DNA of 49,165 bases, counting the filler, from Catajapyx aquilonaris (taxonomy: Eukaryota), in NCBI GenBank assembly GCA_000934665.2. It is 3 parts of 3 records of this genome, joined end to end, with 100 filler letters (N's around TTAATTAATTAA, not from the genome) between each part and the next. Parts side by side here need not be neighbours in the genome. Positions count along the whole stretch, not along the records: positions 1 to 16,172 come from JYFJ02007324.1; positions 16,273 to 32,257 come from JYFJ02007325.1; 1 more part is not named here. One strand, 5' to 3'. The translations under genes were made by a program, and so were the position numbers. Under the pieces are notes generated by a model. It saw only the letters and a list, made by a program, of their open reading frames with translations. It ran no database searches and had not been told where the DNA came from. Below are positions 11,171 through 23,600 of this stretch, in pieces. Position 1 is the stretch's first letter, and each line of letters begins with the position of its first letter.

Positions 11171-12559
11171 ATTTCGATCGAGATGCTACTATATAGAAAG
11201 GGACATCTGGTGAAAAGCTCGGAGGGAATTCTGACAAAAAATAATAATTTATTAGGCCACTAGATGGTTTTTAATTTTTGGTTGAGGATATTCAACTGGT
11301 GAATATATTGGCACGAATTTGAAGATTCATCTGCGATAGAAGCGGCTCAATTTTTGATTTACAGTAACGGATTTACTAAAATAATGATAATTACGGATTT
11401 ACTAAATGATGATTACGGATTTATTGTCACATCAAATGGTTCTTCAACAGTTCAAAAAAAACAGCGTGGTTTACAGACAACTTATAGGTGAATGCGGCAA
11501 CACTGTTGTTCAACAATGGCTCAAAAACAAACCCTCACATTCGGGTACAAATCAGCTCAAACCGGGTACAAACGATCGGCATCGTTGAAATTTTTAAATC
11601 AGATTTATTCTCCTGACGCCCAGCGTACAGCCCTCTGGCCATTGGGGTTTAAAAATTTTGATTTTTTTTTTTTCTAGAAATTTAAAAATTAAAAAAAAAA
11701 TCAAAATAATTTGGGCTTCAGGAGGTTATTTCAAAAGCATTAACTTGGCCCCACCAATTTAAATCGCGATAAATCTGAAACTAAACCAGCACTAACGCCT
11801 GTATAATTATTAGACTAATTTATTAGAGCACAAATCAGCACAAACGAAGCACAAACGACCCCTATATTTCCCATATTTCCCCCCCGTGGTTCCGCTCCTA
11901 TATGATCTCCCTTCCTGGCAAACATCTGGCAAACTTTTTTACATTGCTGTAATTTGGTTGATTGACTTATTAGGGGAGTCAAATGAGTCGTCCAAGCTCA
12001 GTAGCATGGATGACTCAAGGCTTCCGTGAGTCAAAGCATATCATTCTCAGGTTATCTTGAGGATCGGGCGAATGTGCATCGGGTTAATTATTGGTATGAT
12101 ACCACGAGCTACAGTAGCTACTGTTAACTTGGCCCCACCAAATTGAAATCGCGATAATTTTGTAACTATACGAGCACAAACGCCCATATTCGAGCATAAA
12201 TCAGCACAAACGAAACACAAACGATTGGCACTGTTGAAATTTTGAAATCCGAAAGTGGTTGGGCCAATAGTTAATCTCTTATTGCGATATCTAGGGAAAA
12301 GAAACGCTAATACCATGTACTTCTCCTGTACTCCCGGACGTCATTTTGTTTTGGGAGGCACAGAGTAGATATCAAAAAAATAATCCATAGTGCTAACAGC
12401 GACTGTCGAAAAATTAGATAACTTGTTTCCAATATTTTTCTCAGAGTTCTAGCGATCAGAAATAGAGAGACACTAATACACTGATTTTGCACCCAAACTA
12501 TTCTTACCGGTATGTCTTTCTCCGGGGCCACCACCGAGCTGAATGATTGAGGTTCCAAC

Positions 12560-12890
12560 TCTTCCAATTGTTGACAGAAAGAGGGGTGATGTGTTAATTG
12601 GTCGGAGCGGCTAATCAGTGGCATCCGGACAGATGCAGCTGGAGGATGTAAATAGACGCGGGTCATGAACTAGCTCTTAGAGTGCACTGGTCCTGCAGCT
12701 CTGTATCTGTATATATAATATGGACACTGCCTGCCACACCCCCCAAAATACTACCTGCTGCCGTCTCACCACAGGGGTGGAACAAAGAAAATCTTGACCT
12801 CTTTTGTGTTCCGGCAACTCTGGCCCCATAAGGCAACCTTGGATAGCTAGTAAAATGGGGGACCACAGACCAGTACCCCTCCCACCTTTG
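12560..12890 (+). mobile_element. Possible second decayed LINE endonuclease fragment
   Basis: Degenerate motifs DVLIG..., NRRGHEL, LDLF and GDHRPV in APE order across frames. Confidence 0.4.
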
Positions 12891-13421
12891 CATCTCTGTG
12901 GTGGTTTATGATGTCACAGTCATCAGTATAGTAGCCAAGAAGATATTTATTTTACTAGAAGATGATGATGATCGAAAATGACCCATACGACGTACCAGTG
13001 AATCATATTGGTCTATCTATAGACTAGATTATTATGTATGTCATTCCACTTTGTCTTATTTTATACTTTATCATAATTTATTACATTCCACAGTAATTTG
13101 TTGACAAATTCCACATGCTGCAGTAAAGCCTATTACATTGCCAATACTCCATAAATGATGCAATATAACAACTTTATAATATACAGGGTGTAGTCGGTGT
13201 ACTTGTACATGGGCATCCAAATAACAAGAATTTATCATTGAAATAAATTCAACTCATGACTGCGAAAGATATGTTTGATACCACATTCAATAAACTTAAA
13301 ATAATGCGCCTACAGCGCGTGGGCTTGGAGTCACAGCCCTGCAGGTGAATTATTACACAAGTTTTACAAGTACTATTACCAAGACACATATCGACATATG
13401 CATGCAAAATATTTGGCTGGT

Positions 13422-14525
13422 TCCAGGTTACCACACTGCAGAGTCAACCGTTTGCGACTGTCGGGGGTAACCATGTTGTAGACTCATTGGCAGCAGAAGG
13501 ATTACTTCCTCCTGGCCAGGGCACAAAAGTGAAAGTTCCCCCTTCTTGCCAGAGGGGACACTGGGGGAAGAGGTGTGTTGTAGGGGGACCAGTCCCATGC
13601 TTGGACCTGCGTCGCCTGCCTCATTCCGCGAGACAGCTCACCACCAAGTGCACGTGTGGACTATAGGGTCAGCCCACAATTTTTGTATAAGGTGAGCACA
13701 TTATTCTGTGGTGGCCTGGTCTGGTTGGGTGGTTTCTGGTTTGGGTGCATGAATAGAGGGAATCAGCAGACTGGGGTCTCACTCACTCTTTGTTTCAGAC
13801 AAAGGTGCAGAGCTAGAGGAGAGAGTCCCATCCCCATCCCATCAGACATGGAAATTATGAAATTGGGGAGATTCCGCTGTCCCCAGTGCCCCAACAACGT
13901 CTTCAAGAGAAAGATTGATCTGTTGGCGCACAGCTTCACTCACTCCAAGTGGGACAGGGTCAAGGTGGAGCCAGAGGAGGAGGAGGAACCAGTGGAGGTC
14001 ACAATCAGGTTCACCAAGGAGGAGGAGGAGACGGTGAAGGAATGTTGGGGAGGAAGAAGGGTCAGGATGGTCAAAGTGGAGCCAGAGGAGGCGGGGGAGG
14101 AGGAGGAGAAAGGCAACGGCAACCAGGAAAGTGACCCCGGGTCAGCAGCAGAGGCGGAGAGCAGGGACAGGCATGTGGCAGACACTGATCCAGACAGGGA
14201 GGAGGCACCTGGTGGAAGTGATGGAGGCGTCGGAAGGCAAAACCAGGTGAGAAAATTACGCGGGTTGTGCATGTTCACACGATGGGGTCGGAGTATGTCA
14301 AGAGAGATGTAATATTCCGACACTTTTAACACAGGCTCTGCACATGAATATTGAACTGGCAATTAGATTGAATATTAGTTGCGGTGTACATGGTTTATAA
14401 AAATATGCGCCATTTTAACACACAGCAATTGTCATTAAAATGAAAATTCTGGAAGGTTTCCAATCTTTGAAAAACCAAATATTGAATATTTACCATTTTA
14501 AAATTCTAGTTTCACACTTGAAAAG
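13422..14525 (+). repeat. Segmental duplicate of 1228-2333 (ZF gene 5' exons and start of intron); coding exon 13848-14246 intact
   Basis: Near-identical sequence with in-frame indels in the Glu-rich tracts; donor CAG|GTGAGA conserved; no finger-array exon seen before the gap. Confidence 0.9.
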
Positions 14526-14629
14526 TTCAAAATCCACATTTTTCATTCTTAGTGTATGGCAACTAAATAACTGACTTAAATGTACAAGAAAAAAATCATG
14601 TTTAATCACAGCTTACCCCGAAAAAACAT

Positions 14630-14860
14630 AGTATTGTTTGTTTGTTTGTTGTCCATCCATGGGAGAATCGGCGCTCCATTAGGAAGGTGGAATACCACCA
14701 TTGGATGAGGCCAAGGATAGGGAAGGAAGGAAGCGGCTGTGGCCTATTATGGGGAAGCGACCCCGGAATTATCCTGGGGGGACCGTGGGAAACCACAGAA
14801 AACCACGGTCAGGATCGCCGGCCCTGGGAACCGAACCCAGGACCTCCCGATTAGCAGTCT
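14630..14860 (-). mobile_element. SINE family A-related copy
   Basis: Shares GGAAGGAAGCGGCTGTGGCCT...GGACCGTGGGAAAC...GGACCTCCCGATTAGCAG with 176-455. Confidence 0.7.
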
Positions 14861-15629
14861 CCACCCATCAGGACCTTCTCCTTCTTTTTCTTACCCTACC
14901 AGTTGGTGTATGGGGCTTCACTTTGCAAATTACATCAGCATAAGAAATCCAGAGCACATCAGGTGGTGAAGGATAAGAAGAAGAAGAAGGTCCTGATGGG
15001 TGGAGAAATGTCACTTTCGCTCACTCACTCACAATAGGTTCTCAAGCTAAATAGAGGAGTGGGTGGGAAGGGGCAATTAATAAGCTCCATTCTGGTATCT
15101 CCGTTTCTGCAATCTAAATCATTTAAAATTTAAAATTAAAGTAATATTTGTTTCTTTGTATTTTTAAAATGAAACTGACATATACGTACATCATAAATTG
15201 TTCATAGAATAAAATGTTCACTAAGCACTATCATGGTTTTAAAAACTACTGATGATAATAAGTCAGTTTTTCCATACAACATGTGAAACATGTACTCTCT
15301 GTACATCACATGATCCCATTGCGATCCCAAAATGAAACTTTGGGAGGTGCAAGAGGATAGTATACAAAGTATTTTTGGGAATTTTTTCAAAGTTTTAAAA
15401 ATGCGGTTTTTTGAAATATTTAAATTTAAATATTTAATTGAGATTGAAATTTTTAATAAATATGTTAACCTCTGCAGTGCTACATTTCAAATCAAAGCCC
15501 ATCAAAAGAACTTTAATATGATATTATATTCCCCGGTTTATATCTCATCTGGTTCCTGACAAAATAATACTTGAGTATGTCAAGACGCACCAATTTTAAG
15601 TCAAAATTGGAATATTTGTTTGAATGGCA

Positions 15630-16172
15630 GGCTTTAATAAATCGCTTTCCCCACCGATGTATAAGCGCTTTTATCCCAGCAGCATAGAATGAGAGTTCCC
15701 CCCTCCTCAGCCACGACAGGACAGCTTCTTGCACTGTCTCATTCGTCTCGATGACAAATGCTCTTTTAAAGGCCCGAAATCGCTGGGGGCAAGGTCGGGG
15801 CTGTATGGCAGGTGAGGAATAGTGGTCCAACTGAGTGTGCGAATTTTGTCCATGGTAATATGGGCTGTGTGGGGGCGGGCATTGTCGTGCAATAGAAAAA
15901 TGCCTTGCTGACACCTTAGAGACGTGAAGGTGTTCATGCAGAATAGTCTCAACACTGCCACAACTGATTCCTGTTATCTGCACAAGCCCACGAACAGTTA
16001 ACGCGATGGTTACTGAGCACTAAACCCTCCACATGCTTGATGTTCGCTGGCGTCACCACACTCGGCGCCGACCCACCATGTCCCAGATCATCGAGCACAT
16101 TTTTGCGGCCACCTTTGTATCGTGCAGCCCACTCGTACACCACCGATCTGCTCAGGGTATCCTCCCCATACT
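15630..16172 (-). mobile_element. Mariner (DD34D) transposase relic, internally deleted and frameshifted
   Basis: VYEWAARYKGGR HTH segment; FLLHDNARPHTA...HLPYSPDLAPSDF with 34 residues between the last two Asp. Confidence 0.9.
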
Positions 16173-16272
16173 NNNNNNNNNNNNNNNNNNNNNNNNNNNN
16201 NNNNNNNNNNNNNNNNTTAATTAATTAANNNNNNNNNNNNNNNNNNNNNNNNNNNNNNNNNNNNNNNNNNNN
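16173..16272. other. Assembly gap with TTAATTAATTAA linker
   Basis: 100-nt N run with a central six-frame-stop spacer. Confidence 0.95.
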
Positions 16273-16387
16273 CCCTGTTACTGTCTACGTAATTAATGGA
16301 CCACCCCTAAGATCATCAAAAGTAGTGAAAATGCGACAACTTGTACTGGATGTGCTGATGTACAAAAAAATTCCGCTTGTTTTGCAG

Positions 16388-19186
16388 GAAAATTGTGGTT
16401 TACGAGGAGGAAGATGCTGACACCAGCGTTTCACTTTCAAATACTTGAAAATTTTATGAAGATTTTTAACGATCAAAGCCAGGTTCTTGTATCAAATCTG
16501 CACAATAAACCAAAAGACATTGAAATTGTGTCACACATCTCTCCTTGCACATTAGATATCATATGTGGTAACTATGAACTTACTAATAACACCAGTCTCT
16601 CTTAAGGAATCCGTAAACATGCCCATAACACTGCAACTGAATATTACTTTTAGAGGCTGCTATGGGAGTAAAATTGGGAGTACAAAGCAACAAGGCTTCT
16701 AAATATTTCCGAGCAATAAATAGGTAAGAGTGTTATTATTAAAACTCAAATTCAGTATTTTACACGACTGTGCTAATGTACCTTACCGGATATGTTTTCC
16801 AGAGTAATGGAAATATTTATATATAGAAACTTACGTCCGTGGCTATATTCTGAATTGATATTTTCATGGACAAAGGTCGGCCGAGAAAATCAAGAGTTAC
16901 TTCACATTCTACATAGTTTCACAAATATGGTAATTTTTCTATTTACATTATAAGGGGTGCTTTTTCCTAACCTAATATCCCGCCATCAGTAATGGTTGGT
17001 CCAAAAGTAACAAGATAGGAGACCAGACTCATTTGCTTTCCATAATATAGATACACACAACGTTTCAATGGATTGGACGTAATAATGATTACTTTTGTTC
17101 TCCTCTTTCTTTAATAAATGGCGAAGATAAGGACTGATAATAATAATAATGTGTCCAGGGGCAGGCAAAACTTTAGCGGTGTCTGGTCGTCTGCCTCGTT
17201 ACCTAAATGGTCTCTCGATATTTTTCACTTCTACATTATTGACTTTTTGGGCCAACGAGTGCTGGTGGCGAGATTTTGACTATAGTAATAAACTCCCTGT
17301 ACATTAGCATACTGTGAAAACTCGTGCATTAATTCAGATGGACCAATATAGTTAGTGCCGTGTGAATACAATCACTTAGAACTACCAATAATTTTACATC
17401 CTTAACGTCGCAGTTATAAATTAATGATTGTATTCGCACTAAACCAGCCTGATTTGCCTATCTGAATTTCATGCAGTTTTCAGTAATATTTTACATTGTT
17501 TCTATCCACTTAGATAATACTGAAACGAAAAGAAGAACTACGAAAACAACTGAAGATAATGAATAATAAAAATATTAACATAGAAATCTCTGTTGGTGAG
17601 TTAACGTTAACAATGCAGCGCCCCTATTACAATATACTGGTTCCAGACATGTCCACTAAACAAGCACGAAATTAATTTCCAGAAGAAAAGCAAAAGAAAT
17701 TAACATTTCTGGATATACTATTCAAGTGTGCCGAGGAAGATGGATTGACCGAAAAAGACATTCGTGACGAAGTGAACACTTTTATGTTTGAGGTAATTGC
17801 AGAATAATTATTTAACACTCTAGTTATATGGCTAAAAATGTTTGCTAGGTAATACACACGATGGTATGCAGGGTCATGATACAACGGCAATGGCTATAAG
17901 TTGGTGCTTGTTCCTTTTGGGAACAAGCCCTGAACACCAGACTAGAGTTCATGAAGAATTGGACACAATTTTTGGCAACAGTGACCGTAAAGCTACAATG
18001 GCTGACCTTTCTCAAATGATTTACCTGGATATGTGCATCAAGGAGACTCTTCGCCTCTATCCCAGCGTCCCTCTGATAGGACGAGAAACGGAGAAAGAGA
18101 CTAATATCCGTAAGCATTAATTGCCAATTCATTCAATTTGCTCGAAATCTGCCATACAACCTGCTGATGTGATTTTGCCATCAATAAACTTTGAACAATG
18201 AACTTTTATAAAACTTGACAGGTTTACTTGGCTCAACTCCCTTGTACTTTCAGTAGGTACAACTTTTCCCAAAGGAACTACTCTGATTATAGTAACAAAC
18301 AACATACATCGCTTGCCCAAGAATTTTCCCAACCCGGAAGTCTTCAACCCGGATCATTTTTTACCCGACCGAATTGCACAACGACATCCCCTTTCTTACA
18401 TTCCGTTCAGCGCAGGACCAAGAAACTGCATTGGTTGGTATTCAGTGATATAAAACTGTGATTTCCCCCCCCCCNCCCCCCCCCCCCCAAGTATACACAT
18501 TGTCAGGCCACGATCGCCTTCCCCTCATCACCTCTTCACTAGCAACTCAATTCAAGTAATAAGTAATATTACGATGTGTCATTGAATTCATTGTACTGAA
18601 CTAAGTTATTTTTGTATAGATCCGTCGATACAACGGTACAGCTCATTTCAGCATTATAAAGGAATACATCGAATGATACCCTGTATCGTAAGGGTTGGCT
18701 ATTTCGGACACTCTTTCTATAATACAGTATTTCCCTGTCATGGTTAGCTAATAATGATTTCGTGTCTTGATCGTCAAATTTTTTAATGTACTTTACTAGG
18801 CTCTTTCAAATTGCGAATATTATTATCAAGATGACTACATTGTTTTCTTACGGAGAGAATAAATACTTATGACATGCTCAAAATAGACTCTCCCAATGTT
18901 GGATTTACATTATGAGCCGTCACGCCGTTTGATAAGACTGAGTACTACTATATGTTTGGAGTTAATTAATGATAGTGTCTTTCTCTTCTTCCTTGGACTC
19001 ACAGGACAAAGGTTTGCCATGATGGAGCAAAAGGTGATCCTATCGGCAATGCTGAGAAAATTTCAAGTCACAGCTCTTGAACGAAGAGAAGATATTACCG
19101 TCATCCCAGACGTTATCTTACGCCCAAAATCTGGACTTCGAATTCACATTGAGCCTCGCTGGAACGCAACGGAAGAGATGTTATGA
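16388..19186 (+). CDS. Cytochrome P450, CYP4 clan (CYP4C-like), 5'-incomplete; exons 16388-16567, 16654-16723, 16803-16929, 17514-17595, 17683-17792, 17872-18109, 18254-18433, 19005-19186
   Basis: [28 protein letters not shown] (I-helix), [11 protein letters not shown] (ExxR), [15 protein letters not shown] (heme); all introns GT-AG and phase-compatible. Confidence 0.93.
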
Positions 19187-20345
19187 ACTTAGTAATGTTT
19201 CAAATGGCAAAATTCAGCCACTTGTGGGTGCAACGTGTAGAAATGTATAGAAATGCACTCGGGTTTATTGGAGAAGCGGGAAACTATTTTAAAGGAACCT
19301 TTATTTTGAGTATATGAGTAATTATGCTATTGCAGTCAATAAAGTTGTGACTATTGCATGTGTATACAAAATAATTAATGAAATTATTTATGTAGGAATT
19401 GTTCTGAAAGAGAGATTTTACTGCTGCGAGATGTTTGTATTTGCTGTTGACGTGAATGTGTTGATGGGTGAAAATGTAGTGCCGCTCCATAAACTAAAAT
19501 GTAATTAATATATAATTTTGTTTTCCGCTGCGCATATCAACTTTGGTGTGTCAATCATCACAGATCACACGCCTACCTCTACCAGTAACCTTACCAATTC
19601 TGCTCTGTGCCATGAAACAACATTTACTGCCCAAATAAAACTGTATTGGCCCAATGTCACCATGCCATTCCCAAATTTTTGGAATTTTTGCAAATACTTG
19701 ACAAATCATTGTACTCCAACGAAAATATCACTTCACGTCACCAGTATGTGACAAAACTTTGATATGCATCAGATTTTCCCTGCACCACACCCATTTTGAC
19801 TTTTTGAGCATCGCAGTGACTATTATTTCTGATCCCTCCTGTGGCGATATTAAGTCAATTAATGTGGCATTTTATAACACCATAGGGACACCACAGTGTG
19901 AAGAATCATGTGGTACAGTACTGAGTACAGTACAGTACAATCTGATCGTGTCTCTGATGCACAAGGTGTATACCAACTGAAATGTCAGTTTTTTGACATT
20001 AAGCTCTTTATTTTTACGCAGTTGCTTTAGAACAGCTACTTTTAAAGGTTATGATATTTCAGGCGGCCCAAAATCTCTGCAACGTTGTGCACCAGTGGTA
20101 AGATAGACAATGGCACCCTGCACTTACAAATTGTCCGCCAAAAGAACACCTAGCGGCAGGTGGTTAAATCATACATTCCAATACTGCCCGCTAGATGCCG
20201 CCACATGGGATCCAGTATGGCTGCCCCTATTACACGGTGAGGCCAACTGGCCAAGGCGGCTGTGCAGGTGATTGCGACGCGGCTATTTTCGCCGGACTTT
20301 GTCCCGTTGTGCTTCCTTCCACTGCTCTGTCTTGTTGACCTCTAA

Positions 20346-20576
20346 ATGGCCCGCAGCCAACTGCAGTCCAAAGTCCTCCGCATGTACAAGTCGTGCCTGC
20401 TGGCTGCCAGAGACAAGCCCGGCTTCTCCCACATGGTCCGCAGTGAGTTCCGCAAGAACTCTTCTGTACCAAAGACTGATACCCTAAGGATCGAACACTT
20501 GCTCAGGCAGGCAGAGAGGAAACTCAACATGATGCGGGATCCAAACGTTAGCGGAGCAGGCAGGTTCAAAGAGTAG
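20346..20576 (+). CDS. SDHAF1: Succinate dehydrogenase assembly factor 1 (LYR-motif protein); alternative model adds exon 20217-20236 spliced to 20357 (MAAPITRQLQSK...)
   Basis: LQSKVLRMYKSCLLAARDKPGF..VRSEFRKN...KTDTLRIEHLLRQAERKL matches the SDHAF1/LYRM8 pattern. Confidence 0.85.
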   Translation: MARSQLQSKVLRMYKSCLLAARDKPGFSHMVRSEFRKNSSVPKTDTLRIEHLLRQAERKLNMMRDPNVSGAGRFKE

Positions 20577-20600
20577 GAAGGAAAGAAGGAAGAGGAAGCG

Positions 20601-23600
20601 ATGGTGCCACTACCCAGAGTTGGGGTTCTAAGGCTGGGTCTGATCGGATATGCACAAGGATTCAGGGTGCAGAAGGAGTTGGAGAGGAGGCACTTGGAAG
20701 ATCTCAAGGGACCAGGACATGATGTCATTGTGCTGACCGAGCATAGCCCTGGTATATATGGACACTCTCCTCTTGTCTTGTAATTAGTGCTTCCTGTGGT
20801 CACACTACAGCACCTGCTTATAGTAAATCTCTGCTTTTGCTTAGGCAAATATTTTAAAAATCCATGGTTTTTACTAGGAAAAGGACTAGCAGGCCATCTA
20901 CAGTCACAAGCCCAAGATGTGTCGGAAAGGCAGCAGACTTTCCTTAATTCAGTAACCATCCGTTCCAAATGAAAGAGTCATGTTTAAAGGGTGATAAAAT
21001 AATAATCTTGAAAACATAGGGCCAACACTGCACTGGTGGCATTGATGTCAAAGGGAAGCAATGATGAGTGATTCAGGACTGAGATACGGATATTTTATAA
21101 GTTGTGTGCCATACCTCTATGATTTATTATTGGGGAAGGTTAGGTTGGGTTCCTAACCCAACCGTATATCATAAAGTATCATTTCATTACCATCCTATCA
21201 TAATCGCAACCCAAAGTGATTTGCCACATGTCTGTAAGGACACCAACTCGGGATCACTGATCCATCCAGTCTGATGGTGTATCAATCAGTTGTGCTATGC
21301 ATTTGAGAGTCCCTTCTGAAACACATGCATGGAGCATTTTACTTTCAGTGATAATGACATACCAGTATTCAGTTGTGATAGTGTTGCCCGCTGAGTATAC
21401 GTAATGCAACATTTTACTTGGGGAGAGATGGCATATATGCACCTGGCTTACTGTGCAAGGGAAGGGAAAGATAGTAGTAGTAGTAGTATTTATTTCTTTT
21501 ACCCAGGTAGGCTTCCACCTTTACATGGGGGAGGTCCCCGTGGTATTTACATTAAATGCACTACGTCACTTACATATAGTACATAATATTGTGCTCTCTA
21601 TAATATAATGGAGTGTTTATTTCAAAAAAACAGCATGCAAAACTAAACAATAGAAAAGGGGAGGGAGGGAGGGAAGGGAAAGATACATAAGATCCTGCGA
21701 ATGTAAGCTAATTTCTTAGAACTAACTAGACTAATTAGATTTATAAATACAAGATAGCGAGGCCCCCACCCAAAAATGGAAAGGGTGTTAATTTTGTAGT
21801 GTACCAGGGATTTGTCTGTCTGAGTGGGAAGGAGCCAAAACAACTAAGGCCATCTGGCTTTTGGAAGATGCATAGATTGGAGAAATAGAGGGAGACACAA
21901 ATAGAGAAGGAAGAGAGCACTGGTTTATACTGTATTACCTCTCATAAAGCGGCATGCCAGTATAAAACGAAGTCGACCACCATGCCGGTATAACCCGGGG
22001 GTGGCTGTCTTGCCGTAATAGCCGAGATAGAGTTCCGTAATTTTGATCCTTGCCCAATTTTTTTGAATGTGTCTGGTACCATACTAAAATAATGTTACAA
22101 TGAAAATGGGTGACTACAGGCTGTGAGAATATGCAAGTTCTGCTGCACAGTGCATATAAAAAATGTAGAGTGTGTGACCAATCCCATCATCAGCCTTCTT
22201 TGAAAGGGGAACCCCCTGCTCCAACATATGTTTAAATAGAGATTATTGCCAGACACTGCAATTGAAAACAATATATGGTACGGGTACCCTATTCGGAAAA
22301 TGTGCCTTTTCGATAGCCTTTACGTGCATTTAGATTTTCAGGCAAATGTCAAGTTCGGAAAGGATAACTTATGTGAAAACCTCGCCTTATACCGGCATGC
22401 CGGTATAGCCACCAGATCATGCATTTCTAAAAACTGGTCGACCTCGACTGCACCGGTATGCCGCTTTATGAGAGGTAATACGGTATATCATTAATGTTTT
22501 TGACTTGATACTGTAGTATGGTCTGTATGGAGAATAATGACAGTTGTCGTAACACAAAACTGCATAAATGTATTGTATGCATCAAATCTGTAAATATGTA
22601 TGTATGCAGTATTGTACAGGGTGGTCCGCGGGAAATAGTACATTTAAGATTGGCAACCCTGTGGTTAGGAATCTATGGTGGTGCCAGCTATCGAGACAAA
22701 TCGAAGACAGGCAGTATGCCATTCAGTTCGCCATGAGTCACTGGCCAGTAGAGTTACGTGTCCGGGCTGTGGACGCCTACGCTCGCCAGAAGAGTGTTGT
22801 AGCCAGAACGACCTTTGACAGTCAACGCCGAGCAGTATGGGAACATGATTGAAAACTTTTTTGTTCCGGAAGTGAGAAGAAAAGGCCTTCTCAATACGGC
22901 ATTTTTCCGGCAAGATGGGGCTATGGCCCACACGGCCCGCAAGACGATGGTTAAGCTGTTCCAGTTCTTCCTGAACCGTCTGATCTCATGATTTGGAGAT
23001 GAGTCATGGCCGACCAGGTCTCCTGATCTTACGGCACCAGATTTCTTTCTTTGGGGCTACCTCAAGGACGAAGTTTTCTCGAGGGGGCTGCACACCATTC
23101 AGGAACTTAAAACTGCAATCAGAGATGAGATTCAGGCCATTCCCACTCACAGGGAACCTCTCGAAGTGTCACTCGAAGTTCAAGGTGAAATATTTTTTTT
23201 CGGGTTCCTTATCAGCTAGAAGGACAACACCCTTCTGGAGAAATCCTCGATCTCAAGCGTTTTCGAGATACAGGGGTCAAAAGGTCAAGAATGGACCACT
23301 TTATGACGGCCCTGAGGAAGCTATTATTAGTGCTATCGGGAGATTTTTGGGATCTAAAGGTTTCTTGGGATGGGGAATACAGTGGCATAACCAAAAATCA
23401 TCAATTATGCACATGAAGGGTACTTCTCAGGGAAGGGGGTGAGAGGTGGGGGGACAAAAATTACTATAAACAAAGTATATTCTACTCCTTACGTCTTTAG
23501 ACAGCACTGACTGGACACCCAAGTTGGTGAATTTCATTAACTATATCATGTAAACATGAATTAGGTAGAATTTCTGAAGCACTCCTCTTGACGAAATTCA

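Noticed and set aside
11740..12250. Dispersed direct repeat TAACTTGGCCCCACCAA.TT.AAATCGCGATAA...AAATCAGCACAAACGAA
   Set aside because: Real duplication, but most likely internal subrepeats of an unclassified element; boundaries not definable
16218..16229. TTAATTAATTAA palindrome inside N runs (also ~32302-32313)
   Set aside because: Identical six-frame-stop linker in both 100-nt gaps; assembly artefact. Adjacency across the gaps is therefore uncertain
20342..20968. 208-aa antisense ORF over SDHAF1/LIPT2 exon 1
   Set aside because: Shadow ORF with a non-ATG start and no recognisable motif
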